Assembly (NCBI GenBank): GCA_021828105.1
Contig: JAKATG010000028.1
Coordinates: 6,335-70,334 of the forward strand
From: Pseudomonadota bacterium
GTDB lineage: Bacteria > Pseudomonadota > Alphaproteobacteria > Rhizobiales > Aestuariivirgaceae
Direction: 5' to 3'
DNA: 64,000 nucleotides
Shown: positions 54,071 to 64,000 of the stretch, piece after piece
Numbering within the stretch: the first letter of the stretch is position 1
Layout: every line of letters starts with the position of its first letter
The notes under the pieces: model-generated
Told to the model about the DNA's origin: nothing
Seen by the model: only the letters and a program-made list of their open reading frames with translations
Database searches by the model: none
Made by a program: the position numbers and the translations under genes

Positions 54071-55372
54071 ATGCGTGAGGGCGGTCGCATAGCAGCGGCG
54101 ATCGAGGTGCTGGACGAGATACTCGGCCGCCATCGCCCGGCATCGGAAGCGCTCAAGGATTGGGGCAAGGCGCATCGCTTCGCCGGTGCCGGCGACCGGC
54201 ATGCGATCGGGACGCTGGTCTATGACGTGCTCAGGCGGAAGAAGTCGCTGACACAGTCCATGGGCGAGGGCGGATCCCGCAGCCTGGTGCTCGGCGCCTT
54301 GCGCGAAATCTGGAAGCGGTCGCCGGACGACATCGCCCGCGCCGTCGAGGACGAGCATGGGCCGGGCGCGTTGACGGCGGAAGAGCGCAGCAGGCTCGCA
54401 AGCGAGGCGCGTGCCGATGCGCCGGCCCATGTCGCGGGCGACTATCCCGAATGGCTGGTGGATTCCTTCGCGCGGGCCTTTGGAGCAGAAGCGGCGGAAG
54501 AGGGGCGGGCCCTGGCGATGCGCGCGCCCGTCGACCTCCGCGCCAACATCCTCAAAAGCGACCGCCCGCGCGTCCTGAAGGCGCTGGAGAAGTTCAACGC
54601 CGTGGCGGGGCCGCTGTCGCCCTGGTGCGTGCGCATTGGGGCGCCGGGCCCCGACAAGCGCAATCCCCATGTCGAGGCCGAGCCCGCCCATGGCAAGGGC
54701 TGGTTCGAGGTACAGGATGCGGCCTCGCAAGTGGCGGCGCTAATGTCGGGCGCCAAGGCCGGCGAGCAGGTGGCCGACATCTGCGCCGGCGCCGGCGGCA
54801 AGACGCTGGCGCTCGCGGCGCTCATGGGCAACAAGGGCCAGATCCATGCCTATGATTCCGACAAGCATCGTCTGCGTCCGATCTTCGAGCGCCTGCAAAG
54901 AGCGGGCGCCCGCAATGTTCAGGTGTTGGGTTCAGACGAGTCGGCAAGACTCGATCAGCTCACGGAAAAAATCGATTGCGTCGTCATCGATGCGCCCTGC
55001 TCGGGCTCGGGTGCCTGGCGGCGCAACCCGGATGCCAAATGGCGGCTGACCGAGAAGCAGCTGACGCAGCGCCTCGCCGACCAGAAGGCGGTGCTGGCGC
55101 AGGGAGCCCGGCTGGTGAAGCCGGGCGGCAGGCTCCTCTACATCACCTGCTCGGTACTGCCGGAAGAGAATGACGACCAGGTCCAGGCCTTCCTCGGCGA
55201 TCATCCCGACTTCGCCCTCGTGCCCTATCGCGAGCAGTGGCGAGGCGCCATCGGCACCGAGCCGCCGGCCTCGGCCGGGAAGGGGGCCGACACGCTCCTC
55301 CTGACGCCCCGGGCGCATGCGACCGACGGCTTCTTCATCGCCCTGATGCGCAAGACCCGGCCGGGGGGCTGA
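54071..55372 (+). CDS. RsmB/NOP family RNA m5C methyltransferase
   Basis: EVQDAASQ, DICAGAGGKT, DAPCSGSG, YITCS, DGFFIA. Confidence 0.92.
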   Translation: MREGGRIAAAIEVLDEILGRHRPASEALKDWGKAHRFAGAGDRHAIGTLVYDVLRRKKSLTQSMGEGGSRSLVLGALREIWKRSPDDIARAVEDEHGPGALTAEERSRLASEARADAPAHVAGDYPEWLVDSFARAFGAEAAEEGRALAMRAPVDLRANILKSDRPRVLKALEKFNAVAGPLSPWCVRIGAPGPDKRNPHVEAEPAHGKGWFEVQDAASQVAALMSGAKAGEQVADICAGAGGKTLALAALMGNKGQIHAYDSDKHRLRPIFERLQRAGARNVQVLGSDESARLDQLTEKIDCVVIDAPCSGSGAWRRNPDAKWRLTEKQLTQRLADQKAVLAQGARLVKPGGRLLYITCSVLPEENDDQVQAFLGDHPDFALVPYREQWRGAIGTEPPASAGKGADTLLLTPRAHATDGFFIALMRKTRPGG

Positions 55373-55447
55373 CCAAACGGGTCGAGGATGAAATTCTCGA
55401 ATCTTTATGCTACGTCAATTGTGGGGCGAGAATCGACGGGGATAGAG

Positions 55448-55768
55448 ATGAATATAAGATTGGCGCTGGTCGTGGCCATGTCGATGAGTGTCGGGGTGGC
55501 GGGCTGTGGTGAAGGGTCAAGGGCGAAATCCGGTTCCGTTGAGATGATGTCCCTTCCGGTTTCCGGACCGCTTTGCGGGTCTGATTACATCCAGAAGAAG
55601 GCTTCGCCGTTCACCTGGCGTTATTGCAAAGACCAGAACCCTCTCGACATATATGAGGTGGCGCGGGACACGTATTGGGTTGAGAACAATCGCCAATACT
55701 CTGCCAGCCACCGGATGGATTGTCAGACCGATCCCCTGCCTTCAGACGTAAGAAGTAAATATTGCTAG
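55448..55768 (+). CDS. Hypothetical lipoprotein
   Basis: Signal ending in VAGC lipobox; four further Cys. Confidence 0.55.
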   Translation: MNIRLALVVAMSMSVGVAGCGEGSRAKSGSVEMMSLPVSGPLCGSDYIQKKASPFTWRYCKDQNPLDIYEVARDTYWVENNRQYSASHRMDCQTDPLPSDVRSKYC

Positions 55769-55875
55769 CAGGAGTGCCGTCTCGCGTTCATCGAGTCCCT
55801 GTTGCTCGTCGCTCTGCGGGCTGGACGCTACCCGGTCTGGCGCGTGGGGAATGAAGCGGAGGGACATGTGGGTTC

Positions 55876-57750
55876 GTGAGGCGTCATCTTATCCTATCGG
55901 CGATCTGGGCTGTCGCGGTGGCGATCTTTGCCCTGCTGATGTCGTTGACGCCGATCGCGGAGAGGCTCGAGAATCAGTATGCGCTCGGACTGCTTTATGG
56001 CCTGCGTCCGCAGGTCGAGCGGGCGCCTGGCGCCGCCGTCGTCGCCATCGACCGCAAAACGCTCGAGTGGCTCCGCGACGACAGCGATACCGAAGGCAAA
56101 GGACCGCTATTGTCCTGCCTGCCGCCCGGGGTGAAGGAAAAGCTCGCCGAGGTGAGAGGGCCGGGCTCCATACCTCGCTCGGTGCATGGCTGCGCGCTTG
56201 CCGAGCTCAAGCGGCTCGGATTCAAGGCGGCGATCTTCGATATCCTCTTCATGGTGCCGGGCGCGAAAGACGATGATGAGGAATTCGCCAGGGCATTGAA
56301 GAGCAACCTGGCGACCGGCATTCTGGTCGGGTTCGAACGATCGATGGTCAGAGACGGCGTTTCGGAGGTGCTTGTCGAGCGGGAGCTGGAACCGATCGAT
56401 CTGTTCAGAACGAGCGCCGCCACCACGGGCGCTTTTCTCCTGCCGCGCCCGGGCGGTCCGGTCTATGGCTATTGGCCGAGGGTCGCGGGCTTCCCCGAGA
56501 CCAAGTCATTGCCCGAGGAAGCGCTCTTCCTCATTGGTTCGCCGCTCTACGCCGCGCTCTCGACCTCCATCGCCAGCCCGGCGCTGCGATATTTCTGGCT
56601 CTATGGTCCGCCGGGAACGATCGAGACCATATCTTTGCGCGACCTGCTGCGGCGTGACGTGGACCCGTCCATTCCGGCCCTGGCCCCGTCTTCCATCGCC
56701 TTCATCGGCGCCTCCGATCCGAGCTCGACCAACTATCCCGACAGCTTCCCGACCTTCATCCGCGGCGGCAGCGATGCCGATCTGAGCGGCGTCGAGCTTG
56801 CCGCCACTGCCTTTCTCAACCTGCTGCATGGTGATACCGTGCGCCGCCTGCCGCTGCTCGAGACGACCCTCCTTATCCTCGCCTTCGCCGCCGCGGTGGG
56901 ATTCCTGGCGCGCTTCAATCCGACCTATGCGATCCTCTCCGCAATCCCGATCGGTCTCCTCTATGTTGCGTTCGCGGCATGGCTCTTTGCGCGCGCCCAT
57001 CTCTTCATGCCGGTTGCGACGCCGGTTTTCATCCTGCTGCCCGCCGCCTTCGTGGCGGCCATCTTCATGCGCTACCGGCTGGCCCGGTCACTCATCATGC
57101 GATTGGCGCCGGCACCGGTCGCCCGGCGGCGGCTCGGCCTGATGACCGAAGAGCGCAGCAAGGCCGTCTCCGATGAGGCGACAGTCATCTTCTTCGACCT
57201 GATCGGCTCGACGAAGATCGCGGAGAAGCTGGCGCCCTTGGACTTCAGCGTGCTTCTCAATTCCTATCACGACACGATCACCAAGGTCGTCGAGGCGCAT
57301 GGCGGGTTCATCAATGCCTATTCGGGCGATGGGGTCATGGCCGCCTTCACCCGCATCGACGCCGGCGCCGATCACGCTTTGCGCGCCTGCAGATCGTCGA
57401 TCAGGGTGGTGCGTGAGATGCGGCGGTTCAACGCCGCCAATGCCGGCAAGTCGATTCCACCGCTGCACTTGCGGGTCGGCATCAACAGCGGCACGGTCGC
57501 CGAAGGCGAGATCGGCGCTGCGAACCGGTTCAATTTCTCGGTGGTGGGCGACGTGGTCAATCTCGCCTCGCGGCTCGAGCAATTGGGCAAGGTTCTGTTC
57601 GCCGGTGAAAACGACATCATTCTGCTCGGGCACAGGACGAGGCAATTGGCGGGCGACAATGGCCTGAAGTTCGCCGACTGCGGGCTGCAGGAGATCCGCG
57701 GGCGCGACAAGGCCGAGCAGGTCCACAGGCTTCTGGTCGCCGACGCCTAG
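55876..57750 (+). CDS. CHASE2-domain class III nucleotide cyclase
   Basis: VVAIDRKT, FDILF, SGVELAA CHASE2 motifs; three TM segments; FDLIGST, GDVVNLASRLE. Confidence 0.88.
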   Translation: MRRHLILSAIWAVAVAIFALLMSLTPIAERLENQYALGLLYGLRPQVERAPGAAVVAIDRKTLEWLRDDSDTEGKGPLLSCLPPGVKEKLAEVRGPGSIPRSVHGCALAELKRLGFKAAIFDILFMVPGAKDDDEEFARALKSNLATGILVGFERSMVRDGVSEVLVERELEPIDLFRTSAATTGAFLLPRPGGPVYGYWPRVAGFPETKSLPEEALFLIGSPLYAALSTSIASPALRYFWLYGPPGTIETISLRDLLRRDVDPSIPALAPSSIAFIGASDPSSTNYPDSFPTFIRGGSDADLSGVELAATAFLNLLHGDTVRRLPLLETTLLILAFAAAVGFLARFNPTYAILSAIPIGLLYVAFAAWLFARAHLFMPVATPVFILLPAAFVAAIFMRYRLARSLIMRLAPAPVARRRLGLMTEERSKAVSDEATVIFFDLIGSTKIAEKLAPLDFSVLLNSYHDTITKVVEAHGGFINAYSGDGVMAAFTRIDAGADHALRACRSSIRVVREMRRFNAANAGKSIPPLHLRVGINSGTVAEGEIGAANRFNFSVVGDVVNLASRLEQLGKVLFAGENDIILLGHRTRQLAGDNGLKFADCGLQEIRGRDKAEQVHRLLVADA

Positions 57751-57824
57751 TTCTATCGCTGGTAATGTATCCTGACCTTTGGTAACCTGGGGAACCGAGG
57801 GTGACATGCAGTTTGTGGGTTTCA

Positions 57825-60800
57825 ATGGGTGCATCCCGATCAGCGACGGGCGTCGCAATTGTCGCGCTGGCGGTGACGGCTTTTCTCGCCGGAGCGGCGA
57901 GCGCCCAGGACCGAACACCGTGCCCGGCGGGCACGCCCGGCGCGCCGTCGGTCTATATTGATTCGAGCAGCCCCGAGGTACTGGTCCTGACGACCGAGGG
58001 CCGGCAGTTGAATGCCGCCAACAATCTTCTTCTGTGTCCCGGCGACGAGATCCGCACCGGCGCCACCGGCCGTGTCGCCATCCGTTTCGACGAGAAGCGC
58101 ACCGTGATCCGGCTCGACGGCAACAGCCGTACGCGCATCCTCTCGGGCGGCACCGGCTCTTCCGACGTCACGCTGTTCTCCGGCGTGCTCTATTTCCTGA
58201 GCTCGGTCAAACAGACCTTCCGCGTGGATACGCCTTATATCGTCGCCGGCATCGAAGGCACCGAAGCGCTCGTCGGCGTCGACCAGAGCGAGAGCCTGGC
58301 GATCACGGCGGTCCGTGAGGGTGTCGTCAGCGCTTTCGACCGCAGCGCCGGCCCGCAGCGCAGCGTCGATGTGCAAGCCGGCGAGGCGGCCTATCGCTCG
58401 AACCGCGTGCCCTTCGCCAAATCCGCGATCGAAGACGTGCCGGCGCAATTCCGCCGCCTCATCGTAGTCTCGGACTCGGCCGTCGACTGGGCGATTTATT
58501 ATCCGCCGATCATGCTCTTGCCGAAGGGCGCCAGCGGCACATTGCGCCAGGCGGTCGATCTCCTTTCCTCGGGCGATTTCGCGCCCGCCATCTCACTTCT
58601 CGACCGGGCACCGAGGAAGGAGCGCGCCACCGCGGCCTCTTTGCGCGCCGTCATCGCCGTCAGCCGCAACCGGATCGAGGAAGCGGAAAAATGGAGCGCC
58701 GTCGCGCTCGGCGAAAATCCTGATCTCGCCGCCGCCCATATCGCGCAGTCCTATGTCCTCCAGGCGACGGGACAGCTCACCGAGGCGGTCGATGCCGCGC
58801 GCACCGCCGCAGGGTTGGCACCCCGCGACCCTTACGTCCTGGCGCGCCTCGCCGAGCTCCTGATGATCATCGGCGATCGCCCGCATGCGCTCGAGGTGGC
58901 GGAGGCTTCGATCGACATAGAGCCGACACCTCTCGGCCTGTTCGTCGCCGGCCTGGCGCGGCTCGCCGCCTGGCAATATGAGCGCGCCACGTCCTTCTTC
59001 ACGGAGGCCATGGATCTCGATGCCGAGGCGCCCTTGCCGCGGCTGGGCCTCGGCTTGACCTATATCAAGCAGGGCATGACCCACGAGGGGACCTGGCAGA
59101 TCGAACGGGCGGTCGCGCATGATCCGCGCGAGTCGGCTTTGCGGACCTGGCTCGGCCGCGCCTATTACGATGAGGGCGAGCGCGCCAAGGCCCACAACCA
59201 GTTCGAGCTCGAGATGCAGGAGGACCCTGAGAATCCCAACGCCTATCTGTTCGACGCCATTGCCGATTTCTCGGAGAACCGGCCGATCCCGGCTTTGCGC
59301 GACCTCCAGGAGGCCGAAAAATATGCCGATGCGCGGCGCGTGCTGCGCTCCGAGCTCGGCCTCAAGGAGGATGCGGCGGCGCGGGGCGCCGCGCTCGGCC
59401 GCATCTATGATGTGCTCAGCTTCGACCTTCTCGCGACCGACGCCGGGACGGAAGCCGTCGAGCTCGCCCCCGCCAATCCCGGCGCGCACCGCTTCCTCGC
59501 CGATGTCTATCGCTCGCGTCAGGAATACGAGATCGCCCAGACCAGCGAATTGCTCGTGTCGCAATTGCTGAGCCCGCCCTCCAAGACGCCGGTCCAGCCC
59601 GAGCTGGCGGAGACGCGGCTCGAGCTCTTGGATACGACCGGGCCGGCACGCGTGACCTTTGCCGAATTCGCGCCGCTCTTCGATGCGGACGGGCTGGCAT
59701 TCACCGGCACCGGGATGGCGGGCACCCAGGACACGCTGAGCGGCGAATATGCGGTCACCGGACTCTATCGCAACGCCTCCATCAGCGTCGGCCAGTATTA
59801 TTACGAGACCGACGGCTATCGCCAAAACAACGGCCTCGAGCACGACATCTTCGATGCCGTGGCGACTTTCGCGATAACGCCCGAATTCAGCATCTTCGGC
59901 GAATACCGCCATCGCAAGACGAACGGCGGCGACCGGCAGATCGGCTTCGATATCGACGAGTTCAGCAAGACGCAGCGCTCCAGCCTGACCCGCGAGGTGA
60001 TGCGCGTCGGATTCCATGCGCAGCCGACCTATAATTCCGATCTGCTCGGCGTCTATACCTGGGCCAGCCTCGAGAGCGGCACGACCAACAAGGACTTCGG
60101 CACGTTCACGACCAACAGCGAAGACAAAGCCGACAGCGTGCAACTGCTCTATATCTGGAACGGCGAGAGCTGGCGCGGCCTGGTGGGCGGATCCCATATC
60201 GCCAACGATGTGACGTCCGGGTTTGATTTCGACGGCTTCGGCGACACCGAGACGTTCGACGTCAACTACTGGAATGGCTACGCCTATCTCTATCTCGACT
60301 GGCCGCAAGGCATCACCTGGACGCTGGGCGGCGCGCTGGTGAGCTTTGACGAGGAGCGCGTCGGCGGCGCCGATATCGACGAGTTCCTGCCGAAGGCCGG
60401 CGTCAGGGCCCGCCTCACGGACCGGCTGACCGTCAGGGCGAGCTATCTCGAGAATCTGAAGCCCGAGCTGGTTTCGGACCAGGTGATCGAGCCGACCAAT
60501 GTCGCGGGCTTCAACCAGTATTACGACGCCATCAACGGCGCGGTGCTGGAACAAGCGGGCGTCGGACTCGACTACGCCTTGACCGCCGACATCACGGTCG
60601 GCACGGAAGCCATCTGGCGCTGGTGGGACATTCCCACGGGCTTCGGTTCCGACGCGCAGACGGACGATACCGTCTATCGCGGTTATGCTTATTTCGTGCT
60701 CACCGAACAGCTGGCCTTGGCCGCTGAGGTTGACTACGAGCTTTCCGAATCGGACGATCCGAACGATTTCGAGAAATGGGAAGCGACCTCGTTTCCCGTC

Positions 60801-61088
60801 ACCCTCAGCTATTTTGCCGAGGGCGGCTGGTTCGGCTCGGCCCAGGTGGTCCTGGTCGACGGCGCGTTCCGCACCGGTGGGATCGAGCAGGACGACCAGT
60901 TCGCGGTGGTCAATGCCAGCGCCGGATATCGCTTCCCCGACAATCGCGGGGTCATGTCGATCGAGGCGCTGAACCTGTTCGACCAGCGCTTCCACTACCA
61001 GAACCGCACCTTCACGCCGGACCTGACGGCGGCACCGCGCTATGCGCCCGAGCTCACGGTCCTGGGCCGGCTCACACTGAGTTTTTGA
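57825..61088 (+). CDS. FecR-like + TPR + outer-membrane beta-barrel protein
   Basis: GDEIRTG, DTPYIVAGIEGT FecR motifs; TPR-like helices; barrel ending in LSF. Confidence 0.8.
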   Translation: MGASRSATGVAIVALAVTAFLAGAASAQDRTPCPAGTPGAPSVYIDSSSPEVLVLTTEGRQLNAANNLLLCPGDEIRTGATGRVAIRFDEKRTVIRLDGNSRTRILSGGTGSSDVTLFSGVLYFLSSVKQTFRVDTPYIVAGIEGTEALVGVDQSESLAITAVREGVVSAFDRSAGPQRSVDVQAGEAAYRSNRVPFAKSAIEDVPAQFRRLIVVSDSAVDWAIYYPPIMLLPKGASGTLRQAVDLLSSGDFAPAISLLDRAPRKERATAASLRAVIAVSRNRIEEAEKWSAVALGENPDLAAAHIAQSYVLQATGQLTEAVDAARTAAGLAPRDPYVLARLAELLMIIGDRPHALEVAEASIDIEPTPLGLFVAGLARLAAWQYERATSFFTEAMDLDAEAPLPRLGLGLTYIKQGMTHEGTWQIERAVAHDPRESALRTWLGRAYYDEGERAKAHNQFELEMQEDPENPNAYLFDAIADFSENRPIPALRDLQEAEKYADARRVLRSELGLKEDAAARGAALGRIYDVLSFDLLATDAGTEAVELAPANPGAHRFLADVYRSRQEYEIAQTSELLVSQLLSPPSKTPVQPELAETRLELLDTTGPARVTFAEFAPLFDADGLAFTGTGMAGTQDTLSGEYAVTGLYRNASISVGQYYYETDGYRQNNGLEHDIFDAVATFAITPEFSIFGEYRHRKTNGGDRQIGFDIDEFSKTQRSSLTREVMRVGFHAQPTYNSDLLGVYTWASLESGTTNKDFGTFTTNSEDKADSVQLLYIWNGESWRGLVGGSHIANDVTSGFDFDGFGDTETFDVNYWNGYAYLYLDWPQGITWTLGGALVSFDEERVGGADIDEFLPKAGVRARLTDRLTVRASYLENLKPELVSDQVIEPTNVAGFNQYYDAINGAVLEQAGVGLDYALTADITVGTEAIWRWWDIPTGFGSDAQTDDTVYRGYAYFVLTEQLALAAEVDYELSESDDPNDFEKWEATSFPVTLSYFAEGGWFGSAQVVLVDGAFRTGGIEQDDQFAVVNASAGYRFPDNRGVMSIEALNLFDQRFHYQNRTFTPDLTAAPRYAPELTVLGRLTLSF

Positions 61089-61148
61089 TCGGGCGAGCAC
61101 GCCACCACGCCCGTCTTGCAAGCAGCAAGCGAGCCGCTTCCAACGATT

Positions 61149-61420
61149 CCCCTCTCCCGTTGCGAAGCAATGGGAGAGGGTGCCCGATAGGGCGGGTGAG
61201 GGCTCTGTGTCTCAGCAAGTATATTCGTTGAGATCAGAACACGCTGCTCGAAAGAGCCCTCATCCGCGCTTTGCGCACATAGATCACGATCAGGTCAGAT
61301 CGGAACGATCTGACCTGATCAACGTGATCGAAATCCTAAAATGGGCGCGCGATCGGACGGAAAACCGGTGGCCACTTTTCCTGATCGCGCGCCTCCCATT
61401 GCTGCGCAACGGGAGAAGGG
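61149..61420. repeat. Divergent composite palindromic element with a nested CIR/RPE-like repeat
   Basis: CCCCTCTCCCGTTGCG..GGGTGAGGGCTCT..AGAGCCCTCATCC arms; inner GGAAAACCGGTGGCCACTTTTCC. Confidence 0.75.
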
Positions 61421-61453
61421 AAATGATGGATAGCCCCGAGGCGGATTTGATGA

Positions 61454-61828
61454 TCACGGCACCGAGGAGGTGGGCGGGAGCACGCCGATATAATCGCGGA
61501 TCTGCTCCAGATAGATGATCACGGCGACGATGATCGCCGTGAACAGCAGCATGGCCGTGAACATCCAGCCTTTGCCGGGAAGCGAGCCCACCCGGTCGTC
61601 GAGCTCGCGCACATCATTGCCGGCGGACATGATCGTTTTGGTCATGTCGCGAAAGTCGCGGCGCATGTCGCCCAGATCGTCGCGCATGTGGTCGACATGC
61701 GCCTCGATGCTGGCGATGCGGGCATCGGCACCATAGGGGAGCGCGCCCCCGGTTACGACTTTCGGCGGCGGCCTGGTTTCGGAAGCCGGCTGCTCACTGG
61801 TGAAGTCTGACGTATCGGTCTCGCTCAT
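61454..61828 (-). CDS. Hypothetical coiled-coil protein with C-terminal TM
   Basis: RIASIEAHVDHMRDDL coiled coil; LPGKGWM then a hydrophobic helix. Confidence 0.65.
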   Translation of the reverse strand: MSETDTSDFTSEQPASETRPPPKVVTGGALPYGADARIASIEAHVDHMRDDLGDMRRDFRDMTKTIMSAGNDVRELDDRVGSLPGKGWMFTAMLLFTAIIVAVIIYLEQIRDYIGVLPPTSSVP

Positions 61829-62196
61829 GACTGAAAATCCCTTGGAACGGATCATCCAACAGTCGCCCAGACGCACTCAGCCGATCATATCATCTTTCAC
61901 AGAGGCAGAGAATATTTTCTCCTGCGCCGGGCCCTTCACCTCGGCTGTCCGTGACGCCGGATACAGGGATTATCAGGGATTATCAGGGAATTTCCGCAGA
62001 GAAATTCCTCGATCCAGCAATATCAAGGAGTTAGCTGTTTGCCATGCCGTGGAGCAGGGAATTTCGGCCTCCGGGCAAGCACATAAGCCCGCTGGATTTT
62101 CTTCCTCCGAAAAGCTGGGCAGGCGCCTCGGCGCAAAGCTTGCGAGCATGAGATTTCCCAATCCCATGCTACGGCCCGCGATTGCAAGCGGCATTT

Positions 62197-62559
62197 TCAA
62201 GCGAGGTCGGAGAGGCGCCGGCGCGGCCGGTAGGGGCTTTTGGGATTGATGTCGAGATCGACGACCTCGACGCAGCTTTGCGCCCGAAGGTGGCTCGAAC
62301 CCTTGTAGAGAGGACCGTCGCGCAGCTGCACGTCGCTCGCTTTGGCGAGTCTCAGGCATTTCCAGTCGGGAAGGCGGGAGCTGCTCTCGCCGGCGAATTG
62401 ATAGGCAAGCGCCGTTTCCGCGCCCTTGCTGTGGCCGAGGAGGATGGGGCAGAGCTCGCGAGGGTGCCCGTCATAGAGGCAAAGGACCTGCTTTCCCGTC
62501 GCCATGGCCTCGGCGAACAGTGCGTAGGTTTCGCTCTGGGCGGGTTTCGTCTGTTTCAT
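62197..62559 (-). CDS. Hypothetical protein, possible stand-alone WYL-like domain
   Basis: [10 protein letters not shown]...LAYQF...WKCLRL pattern. Confidence 0.6.
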   Translation of the reverse strand: MKQTKPAQSETYALFAEAMATGKQVLCLYDGHPRELCPILLGHSKGAETALAYQFAGESSSRLPDWKCLRLAKASDVQLRDGPLYKGSSHLRAQSCVEVVDLDINPKSPYRPRRRLSDLA

Positions 62560-62581
62560 TAAGGACTTGTAGCAGTTGTAC

Positions 62582-62604
62582 GGATGGCCGGGTCAAGCCC
62601 GGCC
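62582..62604. repeat. Single REP-like unit
   Basis: GGATGGCCGGG-TCAAG-CCCGGCC. Confidence 0.6.
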
Positions 62605-62623
62605 ACATAGTCTCTTGTAATGA

Positions 62624-62641
62624 ATATAGCCTATGCTATAT
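62624..62641. promoter_or_regulatory. MntR-type operator
   Basis: ATATAGC-CTAT-GCTATAT palindrome just upstream of mntH. Confidence 0.8.
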
Positions 62642-62648
62642 CTGGGTC

Positions 62649-63998
62649 ATGGACGACCAGGCCGCGACAGCTATCGATCGCATGATGGGATGGCGCCGCG
62701 ACCGCGGCGAAGCCTCGCTCTCGGACGTTCACCGCAGCATTCCGGTGAGGGCCGACGCCTCGATGTGGCGGCGCGCCATGGCCTTCGTCGGCCCGGGCTA
62801 TCTCGTCTCCGTCGGCTATATGGATCCCGGCAACTGGGCGACCTCGATCGCGGGCGGCGCGCAATTCGGCTATACGCTGCTCGTCATCGCGCTGATGTCG
62901 AACATCATGGCGATCATCCTGCAGTCGCTCTGCGCCAGGCTCGCCATCGCGACGGGGCGCGACCTGGCCCAAGCCTGCCGCGATGCGTTTCCAAAACCCG
63001 TCGCCTGGACCTTATGGCTCTTCGCCGAGATCGCCATCATCGCGACCGATATCGCCGAGGTGGTGGGCACGGCCATCGGCCTCAATCTGCTCTTCGGCAT
63101 TCCGCTCGAGATCGGCGTCGTCATCACGGCGCTCGACGTCTTCCTCATCCTCTATCTGCAAAAGCTCGGCTTCCGCTGGATCGAGGCCTTCATCATCTGC
63201 CTCCTCGGCGTGATCGCTGTCTGCTTCGGGGTGCAGATCGCCATGGCCGATCCCGAATGGGGTGCGGTCATCAAGGGTTTCGCGCCGACGACCGAGATCG
63301 TCACCAATCCGCAGATGCTCTATCTGGCGCTCGGCATCATCGGTGCCACGGTGATGCCGCATAATCTCTATCTCCATTCGGGCGTGGTGCAGACCAGGGC
63401 CTATGGCCGTTCGAACGAGGAGAAGCGCGAGGCCTTGACCTTCGCCACCATCGACTCGACCGTCGCCTTGATGTTCGCGCTCCTCGTCAATGCCTCGATC
63501 CTGATCCTGGCGGCGGCGACCTTCAACAAGACGGGCCACGCCGGGGTAGCCGAGCTCGGCGATGCCCATGCGATGCTGGCGCCTTTGTTGGGCTCGCTGC
63601 TCGCGCCCAAGCTTTTCGCCATCGCGCTTCTGTGCTGCGGTCTCAATTCGACGGTGACCGCGACCTTGGCCGGCCAGATCGTGATGGAAGGATTCCTCCG
63701 CATCCGCCTGCCGGCGTGGCTCCGGCGTCTCGTGACCCGCATGTTCGCCATCATCCCGGCGGCGGGCGTCACCATCGCCTATGGGGAATCGGGCACCGGG
63801 GCGCTTTTGATCCTGAGCCAGGTGATCCTCGCCTTCCAATTGCCTTTCGCCATCGTGCCCTTGGTGATGTTCACGCGGAACCGCGAGAAGATGGGGGCGC
63901 TGGTGTCGCCGTCCTGGCTGACGATCGTCTCCGCCGTGATCGCCGCCATCATCATCGGCCTCAATGTGAAGATGCTGTACGATCTGGCGATCGGGTAG
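62649..63998 (+). CDS. mntH: Nramp family Mn2+ transporter
   Basis: [32 protein letters not shown]. Confidence 0.96.
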   Translation: MDDQAATAIDRMMGWRRDRGEASLSDVHRSIPVRADASMWRRAMAFVGPGYLVSVGYMDPGNWATSIAGGAQFGYTLLVIALMSNIMAIILQSLCARLAIATGRDLAQACRDAFPKPVAWTLWLFAEIAIIATDIAEVVGTAIGLNLLFGIPLEIGVVITALDVFLILYLQKLGFRWIEAFIICLLGVIAVCFGVQIAMADPEWGAVIKGFAPTTEIVTNPQMLYLALGIIGATVMPHNLYLHSGVVQTRAYGRSNEEKREALTFATIDSTVALMFALLVNASILILAAATFNKTGHAGVAELGDAHAMLAPLLGSLLAPKLFAIALLCCGLNSTVTATLAGQIVMEGFLRIRLPAWLRRLVTRMFAIIPAAGVTIAYGESGTGALLILSQVILAFQLPFAIVPLVMFTRNREKMGALVSPSWLTIVSAVIAAIIIGLNVKMLYDLAIG

Positions 63999-64000
63999 GC

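Noticed and set aside
58593-61121. Long antisense ORFs (also 8437-10401, 16492-18453, 23117-25108)
   Set aside because: Shadow frames opposite well-supported genes, expected in high-GC DNA.

Overview
High-GC alphaproteobacterial (Hyphomicrobiales-like) chromosomal window. It mostly holds transport, metabolic and housekeeping genes: two GSTs, an agmatinase/polar amino acid ABC/Lrp cluster, mtnA, ugpBAEC, three branched-chain/urea-type ABC systems, tRNA-Gln(CUG), ppx, rlmE, guaB, an RsmB-family methyltransferase, two class III cyclase modules and mntH. The standout is a ~2.1-kb lower-GC island (about 11400-13500). It carries a stand-alone group II intron-like reverse transcriptase (YIDD, G2L4-like) preceded by a ~700-nt non-coding leader. 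That leader has two 133-bp direct repeats (132/133 identical) around a 219-bp spacer, and repeats and spacer all look able to fold as RNA on the RT strand. Second is a ~12.5-kb hydantoinase/AmiC-AmiR/Urt-like island that splits a conserved acyl-CoA ligase/ABC operon and carries two clear ANTAR dual-hairpin attenuators plus an apparently catalytically dead alpha/beta-hydrolase. Composite REP-like palindromic elements, a candidate 47-aa small protein and an MntR box are also visible. All calls come from reading the sequence by eye; no searches or folding programs were run.
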